Positions 36,390-48,825 of a stretch of 64,000 nt of DNA are shown here, one piece after another (positions within the stretch are counted from its first letter, which is position 1; the number at the start of each line of letters is the position of its first letter). The position numbers and the translations under genes are program-made. The notes beneath the pieces are model-generated. The model saw only the letters and a list, made by a program, of their open reading frames with translations. It did not search any database and was not told the DNA's origin. This DNA comes from the human T2T-CHM13v2.0 reference genome, Homo sapiens, in the NCBI RefSeq assembly GCF_009914755.1, contig NC_060947.1, one strand, 5' to 3'.

Positions 36390-36565
36390 TTAAAAAATTG
36401 GTAAAATACATATAAACTCTACCATCTTAACCTTTTTTATGAGTACAATTTATTAGCATTAGGTACATTTATATTACTGAGCAACTGTCACCACTATCCA
36501 TCTTGAAACATTTTTCATCTTGCAAAACTAAAACTCTGTATTCATTAAACAGTAACTCCCCACTA
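36390..36565 (-). mobile_element. L1MB 3' end fragment
   Basis: ACCATCTTAACC..TTTCATCTTGCAAAACTAAAACTCTGTATTCATTAAACAGTAACTCCC. Confidence 0.75.
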
Positions 36566-36907
36566 CCGAGCTAGGAAAAAGGTCAGAAACCAAAGAAAAC
36601 AAGAAATACAGCCAAGGTCAAACCTAGTTAGGGCAACACTATCACTATAGTCACTACTGAATACTGGATTTCACTGATAGCATAAAAGTTACCACTGACA
36701 TATGCCAAATTAACTCTAAAGCATTTCTACTTCTTTATTTCACCTGATTTATATTCATAGTCTCAAGTTGGAGAATCAAATTAGTTGATCTTAAGCTACT
36801 TGTTCATGTACCACCTGCCAAAAATCAGAAAAGTTAAGTCACCTAGACCCAACAACTTCATTAGTAGTAGGTAGGATTGCTCCAAAAGAAAAAAGAGTTT
36901 GATGAGT

Positions 36908-36944
<37 letters not shown>

Positions 36945-37149
36945 TAAAATTGGTTTCAGAGACTGTAGTGAAGTTGACTTTATAGGTGATAATAATGTGG
37001 GTGTGGAGAGTAGGGAGCCCAGCTGAGGAAGGAAATAGTTAATCTGTCCTCTGTCCTTAGCTATGAACACTGAAGGACCTGAGTAAAGGAAATAATTGTT
37101 CAAGTTATTACAATGTTCTGCCTGCGACAGAAATTAACAATTTTCCCCA

Positions 37150-37624
37150 ACTTCTTATGTACTAGCAAAATTGTTATTTGAGCATACTGCCTTTCAGCTG
37201 AACAGCACATTTGTAAGCCTCACTTATAAGCCTCACTTATAGCAACATCTGGCCACATGGCTAAGTTCTGGCAATGAGATGTGAGAAAAGTGATGTGTGC
37301 AATAGCTGAGGTGTTCCCCTTAAGGATAAATAATATTCCCCAGTTTTCACATTTTCTCCTTCCTGCTAGATGGGATGTGAATACAATAAGTGGGAGCTGA
37401 GGCAGCCATTTCAGGCCAAAAGGTGAAAGCTGCATTTTTAGGCTGTAAATACAGCAATTTTGAAGTATCATGGGTCTATAATAGTTCTAGAGTTACCATA
37501 TCAGCCCTGGATTACAAAGACAAACTTTGCATGAGAATAAAACAAATTTTATTGCCTCTAAGCGACTATCACTTTGATTCTAGATATCTGTTATAGCATT
37601 TGGGCCAACATCATAACTGATACA
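37150..37624 (+). mobile_element. MLT1J-like LTR
   Basis: GGCCACATGGCTAAGTTCTGGCAATGAGATGTGAG..GGAGCTGAGGCAGCCAT..TAACTGATACA. Confidence 0.75.
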
Positions 37625-38160
37625 CTTCTTATAGCTAGCTGTGAGATGCATTTCACAGCTCTCTTCTATGAGGTTTATAAGTTAGGTCTGATCTAGCTGC
37701 AGAGCTATGTTCAGGCCAAAGACTCATCCAAGGACTCTTTATTAATGTAACACAAATAGATGACAAAAAGCTAAACTCCAAGAGTGAAATGTTGCAAAAG
37801 TTCAGTGCTTTCTGTTGGAAATGGGATTTGTGCCTATTCTTGAATCCTATATCTCTTTCATAAGTCACAATTAAATGTCTAATCTTTATTTAATCTCCTA
37901 AGTGAATTAGGCCATGTGTTAACTTAGAAAACAGTTATTTTGATTAAGCCTGATAATACATAAAGGTAATGTTACATTTTCTTTTTTCAAAATTGTCATA
38001 GATTAGTGTTTCACCAAGTCCTGAAATACATTTTTAAAAATGCCTTGCTCCACACATTAATGTTACTGCCTTCTTAATAGTCAATGTTATGGACTTGCTA
38101 AAGTCTTATAAATTAATGTTTTTTAAACCATAAGGCCCTACAAATCAGAATCAGAAAGTT

Positions 38161-38356
38161 CAGTTGTTCTCAACTGTACATTAAATTCACTTGGTTTAGC
38201 CTTTTAGAAAACACTGACACATTAAATTTACCTAGGTTAGCCTTTTAGAAAGTACTGACACCCCAGAAATTGAATAAATTGTTCTTTGTGGATGGCTCAA
38301 CAGTTTTTAAAACTTCCTATAGAATTTTAATGTGCAGCCAAAATTGGGAAACATTG
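38161..38356. mobile_element. MER5A-like with an internal tandem duplication of about 41 bp
   Basis: CAGTTGTTCTCAA...TAATGTGCAGCCAAAATTGGGAAACATTG; ACATTAAATT(C/T)AC..TTAGCCTTTTAGAAA..ACTGAC occurs twice. Confidence 0.7.
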
Positions 38357-38419
38357 CTCTAATCCAACCCCTTGTAAATTTAAAATGCTACACAAATGAT
38401 TCTTAAGTCCAGCTAAATA

Positions 38420-39150
38420 TGTAGACTATTAACCTAGTTCATCTCCTTCATTTTATAAATGGGAAAACAAGTACAGACAATTGAAGGAACAAAATAAAGT
38501 TCAGTGTCAGACCCAGGTCCAGAAGCCAATATAGGAACAGATGTCCATGCTATAGAGGAATCAGTCAAAGATGCTACTAAAGAAAATGAATGATGGAGGA
38601 GGAAAGAAAGTTAGTGAAGTTGAAGCAATTACAATTGATAAAACCATACTTGTGAAACTTCAAGAAGGAACTATGTCAGAGGCATTTTTGTTCTTTTGTT
38701 GCCAAATAGTGTGGCTGGCATTTAATAGGTGCTCAGTGTTTTCTGAGTAAATAAATGTGTGCAAAATAAATAGTAAAGATAATATAACTTTAGAAATAGC
38801 AAAGATGATTCCTGGTGTCAGTAGTCAAGAAATTCTTCATGAAGGATGGGTTTGCTTTAATCTTTGAGAAAAAGAGGATTTTTAGAAGTGTAAAAGAAGG
38901 GTGTAGGTTATCCAGGAGGAGAAAACATGTGCAGGAGATGTACATAAGAGAATTAGAACATGTATGGTTGGCATAGAGGAGATTGGCTGATGAGAACAGA
39001 GGGTTTATTTTGGGGATTAGTGTAAAAGACCTGTTGGGGTCATATTGTGGAAGGTCTTAAATGGTGCGCAATTGAGAGCCAGCTCCTGAGGGCAGCTGGT
39101 GGCCATTAATGATACTTGAATAGGCAGTGTATCTAATAAAAGTGCTATCA
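38420..39150. mobile_element. MIR and L2 fragments
   Basis: CATTTTATAAATGGGAAAAC (MIR core); TGGCATTTAATAGGTGCTCAG and ATTGTGGAAGGTCTTAAATGG (L2-like). Confidence 0.5.
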
Positions 39151-40524
39151 CAGGAGGCCAGAAAAAGGGCATCTTCCATCCATTCTGAGTCCTCATATAC
39201 AGTCTCTTCTATTGAGCAAGAATTTTAGTTTAGACCAACTTTATTTATCTGCAGAAAAGAAAAAAAATACTGCTGGCGTGAAACAATTAGAGTTTATAAC
39301 TGATAATGCATAAAAAATGTTACAATGTTAAGTAAATGATTACCACTAGGTATCATATTTGCACTTTTATAAAATATACCATCTGCAAGATACTGTTAAT
39401 GTGGTCAAGAGTCTTTTGAGTTTAGAAAAATGCATATTTAGAAATAAAACTTGATACTCAGCAATAAGTGACTAAATTGGTAGCTGTATTGTTGCATTAT
39501 CATTCATATCTCTTGCTGAAGGCTAAAAAGCTTCTCTTTAAACACTTAGGCCAGTTGTTAAAAGACTAGAATTCTGATCATAATGTTTTCTTGAACCTGA
39601 GGTAGACATACACATTTGAAGATTGGAACATGGGAAATTACTAAATTATATGACACTGGAGAGATATTACAAGGAAATTCTGATATTTCACTGCAAAATA
39701 TTGCCAATTATGGTAGCTGTCAATTTAACAATAGGCTTATTCACTATGGTGTTTGATTAACGTGAAATTATTCAGTTGGCTACCTTGTAGTTGGCCTATT
39801 TTTGTGTCCAATTAGTATGCTAATAATGGTAATTATGTTCTATACTGCATGTCTCATCACCTAGAGGGTTTTTAAAATGATAAAATAATGAGAATAAACA
39901 AGCTGATGCTGATATTCAGTGGGCCATTCTAATTACTTACTGAGAGCACGCTGGGGAATCAACATTCAGCCAGAGAAAATGATTCCTGCTTACTTTGTTA
40001 AAACTATTTTTTTCAAAGAGCAGTGAGAGTTTGCTGCTGTTCTCTTTATTATTGAGCTATTTTACATCCCCACCCCCTTTTTTGTTTTCTATGTTTGTTT
40101 TATTTATTTTTTAAAAAAATAATCAAAATATAGTTAGCTTTTGTGACTAGTATTTGTTGTAAGAGGTCAGAAAACAGAAAATAGCAAATTGCTTAATTGT
40201 ACACCTTTGCACCAAATAACTACCATTTTTTTTTGTCTCCACTGTCTATAAAAAACAAAAGCAAAACAAAACAAAGCAGAATTCCTCTACTAAAAACTCT
40301 TTTTGCACTTGCAGGAATACAGTGAGAGGTTGATTTGTGCTAATTCCTCAACAAGATAACCAAACACACTAGTGGACAGGAGGGATTGTATTCCCCAAAA
40401 TATAAAACTAAAACTTTGTTTTGTTAAAAATCCCCTATTTTAAGATAGCCAGATGATCTATTTTGGACAATCAATGTGGAGTTATAGATTAAGTTATTAT
40501 AATTTATAATTATACTATCAAATA

Positions 40525-40905
40525 TGATATGGTTTGGCTTTGTCTCCACCCAAATCTCACCTTGAATTGTAGTTCCCATAATCCCTACGAGTCATGGGGG
40601 GACCAAGTGGGAGGCAATTGAATCATGGTGTCAGGTTTTTCCTGTGCTGTTCTCGTGATAGTGAATAAGTCTCATAAGTTCTGATGATTTTATAAAAGGG
40701 CAGTTCCTCTGCACATGCTCTCTTGCCTGCAGCCATGTAACTTCCTTCTCATGTAAGGATGTAACTTTCCTTCTCATTCACCTTCCACTATGATTGTGAG
40801 GCCTCCCCAGCCACGTGGAACTGTGAGTAAATTCAACTTCTTTCTTTTATAAATTACCCAGCTTCGGGTGTGTCATTATTAGCAGCATGAGAACAGACTA
40901 ATACA
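40525..40905 (+). mobile_element. THE1B/C solo LTR
   Basis: TGATATGGTTTGGC...GACTAATACA; TSD AAATA/AAATG. Confidence 0.9.
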
Positions 40906-41293
40906 AAATGTTTTACATAATTCAATGTATAATACACAAATACTAAATGTATACTTTATAACTGATAATTTATACAATTATATTTTAGATTATTCTAGCT
41001 TTCAAGACAGACCTTATGTTGATTATGTAATTTATCCTCTGAATTATCTAAAGTTAAACTTGTGATGTAGGCATTCACAAAATAAATTATGCTTCACAAT
41101 CTCTTTGTAAGTGTCTATAATAAAGTAAAACAAAGAAAATTCCGTTCCTAGGAAGCTTCATGGTAAGGTGGAAAAAGCATGGACCAAACTTCTCATCCTC
41201 TACCCTTCCAATGAGAAACTGTGCAATATTAATTAAGCTAGGTATTTTCTTTGATTTTTATGTCAACTGCAAAATAAAATTATTGAATTAGAC

Positions 41294-41604
41294 CAGACCT
41301 TTTCAAATTGTGTTCTATGAAGTCTATTATGTCTCATGTGACATTCACAGATTTTGTACAAAAATAAAGGGCTTCTGTAATCAAATACATTTTAGAAATG
41401 ATGTATTAAACCAAGGTAAACAAGTTTATTGCAGGACTTCTCAGAGCATTTGATGTACTCAATATGTTTTATAAATCTCCAATTAGGGTGATATAATATA
41501 CATTGTTTATCAAATTTGATCATTGAAACATATTTATTTATCAAATAGCTATTAATATCTCATAAGACAATAACATTTTATAAAGCATATTTTTGGAAGT
41601 ACTG
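41294..41604 (+). mobile_element. MER103C inserted in a MIR
   Basis: GCAGGACTTCTCAGAGCATTTGATGTACT..AATCTCCAA; MIR end TAAGGTCCTTCTAAGCTCTAA follows. Confidence 0.7.
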
Positions 41605-41649
41605 GACAAGACAAATCTTTTAAGGTCCTTCTAAGCTCTAATATTTTTC

Positions 41650-41780
41650 CTCACTAGACTGTAAGTTCCATGCAAGTAGAGAAAATACCTGCCTTGTGTC
41701 ACTGCTATAGGCTAGGTCTTTGTACCAAGCATAGTATTTGCACATAGTATGTGCTTAATAAATAACTGTTGAATGAATAC
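41650..41780 (+). mobile_element. L2 3' end
   Basis: CTAGACTGTAAGTTCCATG...GCACATAGTATGTGCTTAATAAATAACTGTTGAATGAAT. Confidence 0.8.
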
Positions 41781-42004
41781 ATACATAGGTACATACATAC
41801 ATACATACATTAATTGGTTTTATAAAAATTCAGCAGATAATGAGGAGGAAATAATTTTTAGGTCCCACTACCCTCCCTTGTTGTTGGTTGCCATTCCCCC
41901 ATACTTTTCCTAATATCTTTGTCTCCTGTCTGTAGCAAAAGCCAAGTAATCTAATCTTTCTATGGTAATTTTAAATCTCATTATGTTTTGACTGCATATA
42001 AATG

Positions 42005-42225
42005 ATAGAGCTACTACCTATTGAGCAATGACTAAATGTTTGCCACCGTTCAGAGTACTTTGCCTATGTTAACTAATTGAATCATTATAGTACTCCTATG
42101 TGGCACATATTATTTCCTCTTTCTTACATAGAATACAGGAAGGTATCAAAGGTACTAAAGTAAGTGGCAGTTCTAGGATTCAAACCAAGCATATCTGATT
42201 TCAGAACATGAATTCTTAACTGTTA
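42005..42225 (-). mobile_element. MIR
   Basis: TATTGAGCAATGACT..AGTAAGTGGCAG..GGATTCAAACCAAG..TCTGATTTCAGA. Confidence 0.7.
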
Positions 42226-43766
42226 TATCTGTCACTATGATTTTATTTTCCTTGTGCAAAGTACCAACATTTGTTAATGAACAAATTTGTTTTGTGAAAT
42301 TCTGGGCCTATGTATATGCTGTATCTATCAATCTACCTATGATCTATCCTGGATGATCTATGGTCTACCAGAATGATACCCTTCTAATCAACCTTCCACG
42401 ATCCTCTGAGATTATTAGTGCTAAATTAACTACCACAGCACAACTTAGCAGTCAACCCGAGATATACATTTAATCCACACTCTACCTTGACTATCCCCAA
42501 GATAAATAATACTATATAGTAATGCTAGAATTATACACCCTTTCACAGATTCAAAAACTGAAGAAAATTTCCACACCATCCTTTTTAAGAAAGTAAAAGT
42601 AAGTTTCACATCTATATCTATCTGTATGTAACCATAGCAGATATTTTCAATTAATATTTGATGAGTCTTATTTCTTCTTGGGAGCAGGGACTATTCTTAT
42701 AAGTCTTATGTAGTATTGAGTGTGACATGGTTAAACAGGAATTTCCTGAGCTACAAAATGATATTCAATACTGTGATACAGAAAATAATCCTTACCACTA
42801 ATGAATAGAAAGACGCTTGTCAGTTTAGAACCCATTTTCAGCTTGCTCTCTATCAAGAAGGGCGCAGAATATATATACATACATATATGTGTGTGTGTAT
42901 ATCTATATATAAACATATATTATTTACATATATACACAATATATATATTGTAACTTTCAAAAACTCATATTGTGGAAATTTGAGGAAGAACACAAACTTT
43001 AGAAGTCTCAAGCAGGAAGGAGTGATTGGGTTATGCAGAGAGCTCTATAATCCTGTCAATAAATAATCAGGTTACTTCCATAGCTATCAAGGAAGGAGGA
43101 AACTAACATTTTGCTAGACCTATTAAAGTGAAACAAGATCTTCAGGAAATTAGACATAATAAGAATATATACTTTAAATGAGATTGAAACAATCTCATAT
43201 GTAACGATTGAAAATCTACAAATTGGTATAAGGATCATTAAATAGAAAAGAGGTCAATTGCAGCACACATAATGTAAGAGAAAATCATGACAGAAAACAC
43301 AAAAGATCAGAAGAACTTGGAAGAGACTGATCAAGGATATATGAGAGCAGACACTATTCTCATAGTCACACAGGTCAAAATTCTTCCCGATCTTCAGTTT
43401 TAAGGAACTTGGGAGCATATCTCAAAACATCACTGTTTAGATTTTATATTTATATTTCAAGTAATCATATAGTAAACAGAATGTATTTGACACTCTAAGG
43501 CAGATATTCTAATTATCCTTATCAGACATTTTTACGGTTTTATAATTTCCAAATGCCATTTATTTACATAGACCAGGCAGACCTTTTCCAAGTACAATTA
43601 CAGTTAATATATTTTGTTCCCAGGATAGACTAAACAAAAAAATTAATAGTATCTTAAACAACATATTATTTAACTTATTTCTATCTATGAGTGCATATGT
43701 TACAAAGATTGATCTTTATCACTTTTCTTCCACCTCAGAAATGGCAACATACTAATTTCTCAATAA

Positions 43767-44070
<304 letters not shown>

Positions 44071-45129
44071 CAAATTTATTTGAATAAATGAATGAGTAAT
44101 GACATTAACTAGCCCATCAAAACCAAGTACTTCACAAAATATTCTCCTTTTAGGTATAGCACGGGACAAATTATAGAAAAAAAACCTGCCTGCTCTTTAA
44201 ATACCAATGTAATGAGCTCTGTTGCCTGTTTAAACTTTTGTTAATTGGAAACATATATTACCTTGTGCTTCCACATTCCAATAAGAATCGATGTTCATAA
44301 TGATGACCCTGGAACACTAAAAGTTCTTAAGTGTCTTCAGAATCATAAAATCAAGATTAAATTATGCTCAGTATAGTTTTTGTGTTAATTGAATTTCATT
44401 GTATACCAAGGCTTTGAAAACTAGCAAGTTGGCTGTGGCAATTTGTTCACTTTCTATCAGCCAGGTTATTTTATTAACAAACCCACTACATAGCATCTTA
44501 TCTTCTTTCCAAAGTGCATAATAACTGAAAATAGAAAGCTGTGTTTTTATGTTGGGAGAAACAATGGTACTAACACTATGTTCCTTCCTGTAACATACAT
44601 ATTAAAGTATTTTTCTGAAGCAGTTGAATATTTTTTATTTGTTGCTGGGAAGGGACCAGAACTTAAATGACAATTGCTGTTCTTGAGACTAAGGGAAAAG
44701 TTAATGAAAATAAATCATAGTCATATATGTATCTTCTCATAACATAATGGTTTACAATTAGAAAGCAATAACAAGAAAAATTTTGGAAAGTGTACATACA
44801 TACAAATTAAGCAACATGCTCCTGAATGACCATTGGTTCAATGAAAAACTTAAGAAGTAAATCCAAGAATTTCTTGAAACAAATAAAAATGGAAACAAAA
44901 TATACCAAAACCTATGGGATATAGCAAAAACAGTGCTAAGAGGAAAGTTTATAGTAATAAATGCCTGCATCAAAAAAGTAGAAAACAAGCAACTTAATAT
45001 TGTACCTCAAGGAAATAGAAAATTAAAAACAAATGAAACCAAAAATTATTAAAATACAATAAATAATAAAGATTAGAGCAAAACAATGAAATGGAGACTA
45101 AATGATAACATAAATGATCAAAAAAATGA

Positions 45130-45428
<299 letters not shown>

Positions 45429-47494
45429 CAAAAAGTTGTATTAAAAAAAATCGATAAACCGCTGGCAAGACTAACCAAGAAAAAAGAGAATACATAAAGT
45501 TTAAAAATTTTTAAATTTTTTTATTAAAAATTATTTTTTAATTATAAATTTTTACTGCTGAATTCTACAAAACTTGCAAAGAAGAACTAATACAAATTCT
45601 TCTTTAACCGTTTCAAAAAATTAAAGAAGAGGATTTTTTTTCTAAGTCATTCTGCAAGGACAATATTACCCTGAAACAAAAGCAGACAAGGACACAACGA
45701 AAAATCAAACTGTAGACCAATATCCCCAATGAGCACAGACACAAAAATTCTCAAGAAAATTCTAACAAACTGAATCAAACACATAAAAAAATAATAAATA
45801 TGCTATGATTAAGTGGGATATATAATATATCCCAGGGATTCAAGTATGGTTCAACATACAGAAATCAGTAAATGTAATACATTAAATCAACAGAATGAAG
45901 GACAAAATACATATGGTTAGCTCAAGAAACACAGAACAAAAGGCATTCAATAAAATCCAACATCCCTTTCATAATTAAAAAAAAAAAAAGGTATATAAGA
46001 AACACACTTCAACAGTGGAAAGACCATACATGGCAAACCCACGGGTAACATTTCACTGAATAGGGAGAAGCTGAAAGCATTTTATCTAAAAATGGGAACA
46101 AGACAAGAATGCCCATCTTCAGCGCTCCTATTTACTATGGTACTGGAAGTCCTACCCAGACCAATCAGGCAAGAGAAAGAAATAAAAGCATCTAAATTTG
46201 AAAAGAGAAAGTCAAGTTGTTACTCTTTGCAGACGACATGATCTTATATGTAGAAAAATCTAAGGATCCCACACATAAAAAAAAATACTTAAAACTGATA
46301 AATATATTCAGTAAAGTTGCAGGATACAAAATTAACTACAAAAATCAGTATAAAATTAATATACAAAAGCCTATACCCCAATAATAAACAGGCTGAAAAA
46401 TAAAGAAATTACATTCAAAATAGCTACAGAAAAAAATACCTAGGAATAAATTTAACCAAGTATGTGAAAAATGTCTACAGGAAAATCTACAAAACACTGA
46501 TGAAAGACATTGAGGCAGACACAAACAAATGAAGATACATCTCATGCTTATGGATCAAAAGAATTAATATTCCTATAACGACCATACTACCCCAAACAAT
46601 CTACATATTCAATTCAATTCCTATTAAAATACCAATGACATTCTTTACAGAAATAGAAAAAGAATTCTGAAATTTATATAGAATCACCATAGAGTTGAAA
46701 TACCCAAAGCAATCCTGAGAAAAATGAATAAAGCTGGAGACATCACACTACCTGACTTCAAATTATACTACAAATCCAAAGAACCAAAACAGCATAGTAT
46801 TGGTATAAAAACAGACATGTAGATCAATAAAACAGAATAGAGAGCCCAGAAACAAGTCCACATATTAACAGACAACTGGTTTTTGACAAAGGTACTGAAA
46901 ACATACGCTGAGGAAAGAACTTTCTTTTCAATAAATGGTGCCAAGAGAACTGGAAATTCATAGGCAGAAAAATGCAAATAGACTACTCTGTCATATCATA
47001 TGCAAAATCAACTCAAAATGGATTAAAGACTTAAAGGTAGATCCCAAAACTAAGAAACTACTAGAGTAAAAAACAAGAAAAATCCTCCAAAACATTGACC
47101 TAGGATATAATTTTATGGTCAAGACCTCAAAAGCACAAGCAACCAAAACAAAAATATAAAAAAGGAATTTTATTAAACTAAAAAGTTTCTTCTCAGCAAT
47201 GGAAACAATTAACAGTGAAGAGATAAACCATTGAACTGGAGAAGATATTTGCAGACTCTTCATTTGCCAAGAGACTAATATCCAGAATACACAGGGAACT
47301 CGAATAACTCAACAACAACAACAACAAACCAAAACAATCTAATTTTTAAAATGAGAAAAAAACCTGAACAGATATGTTTCAGAAGAAGACATACAAACAG
47401 CCAACCAGTATATTTTAAAAAATGTTTATCACTAATCATGAGGAAAGTCCAAACTAAAACCACCACGAGATAACAATTTCATCCCTTCAATGCA

Positions 47495-47580
47495 CCCTTT
47501 TCTCTGGACCCTTGCCAGCATGTTATTATTGTTCATTCAAGGACAAAAATAACATGGTGGCAAAGGTCCAGAGAAAAGGG
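47495..47580. repeat. Inverted repeat, 38-bp arms, 10-nt loop
   Basis: 47495-47532 versus reverse complement of 47543-47580: 35/38 identical. Confidence 0.95.
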
Positions 47581-47754
47581 GACTCTTATACATTTTTGAT
47601 AGGAATATAAATCAGTGTAGCCATTATGGAAAACAGTATGGATGTTTCTCAAAAACTAAAAATAGAACTACCATGTGATCCCACAATCCCAGTGCTGGGT
47701 ATTTATCCAAAAGAAAGAAAAGCAGTATATCAAAGAGATACCTTTATGCCCATG

Positions 47755-48117
47755 TGACATGGTTTGGCTATGTCCCCACTCAAATCTCATCTTGAATTGT
47801 AGCTCCCATAATCTCCATGTGTGTGGGAGGGACCCAGTGGGAGGTAATTGAATCATGAGGAGGGGTTTTTCCCGTGATATTCTTGTGATAGTGAATAACT
47901 CTCATGAGATCTGATGGTTTTTTAAAGGGCAGTTCCCCTGTACACACTCTCTTGTCTTCCATCACGTAAGAGGTGCCGTTGCTCCTCCTTCACCTTCCAC
48001 CATGATTGTGAGACCTCCCCAGCTATGTGGAACTGTGAGTCCATTAAACCTCTTTTTCTTTATAAATTACCTAGTCTCAGGCATTTCTTTACAGCAGTAT
48101 GAAAATGGACTAATACA
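47755..48117 (+). mobile_element. THE1C-like solo LTR
   Basis: TG...CA termini; perfect TSD CCATG at 47750-47754 and 48118-48122. Confidence 0.92.
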
Positions 48118-48825
48118 CCATGTTTGTTGCAGTGCTATTCACAATAGCTAAGATATGAAATCAACCTAAATGTCTATCAATGGATAAATAAAGAAAATAT
48201 ATATACACCATGAAATATTATTCAAACATTAAAATGATGAAATCTTGCCATTTGCAACAACATGGATGGAGCTGGAGGATATTATGTTAAGTGAAACAAG
48301 GTAGGCACAGAAAGACAAATATTGGATGTTCTCATTTATATGTGGGGGGTAAAACATTGACCTCATGTAAGTAAAGAGTAGAATGATAGCGACCAGATGC
48401 TGGGAAAGATATTTGTGAGGAGAAGGGTATGAAGAGAGGTTGGTTAATGGATACAAACATACAGTTAGAAGGAAAATGTTCTAGTGTTTGATCGCACTGT
48501 AGCAGACTGTAGTTAACAATAAAATATTTTATATTTTCAAACAGCTAGAAATTTAAAGTATTCCCAATACAAAGGAATGATAAACGTTCAAGGTGATGTA
48601 TATCCTAAATATCCCGAGTTATTCATTACCCACTGTATGCATGTATTAAAGTGTCACATATATACCACAAATATGTACAAATACTATGTATTAATACAAA
48701 TAATATTTTTAAAAGTAAATGAGTTTCCCACTAAATGAAAAGGGCTTTCTTTAATGTTTCAATTTTGTAGTATGTATGTAGCTGTAGTGCACCTTGCAAA
48801 CAAATATAAGGGATGCTTAAAATGA

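Noticed and set aside
36911-36942. Isolated A32 as a tail-only retrotransposition
   Set aside because: No TSD around it; more simply an expanded A run. The runs at 49442 and 55085 are similar
43179-43197. 8-bp hairpin TGAGATTG/CAATCTCA
   Set aside because: Expected by chance in 64 kb of AT-rich DNA
42960-43350. Possible ancient RTE/L4-type LINE or processed pseudogene fragment
   Set aside because: Purine-rich and suggestive, but no motif I can support; needs an nhmmer/Dfam search
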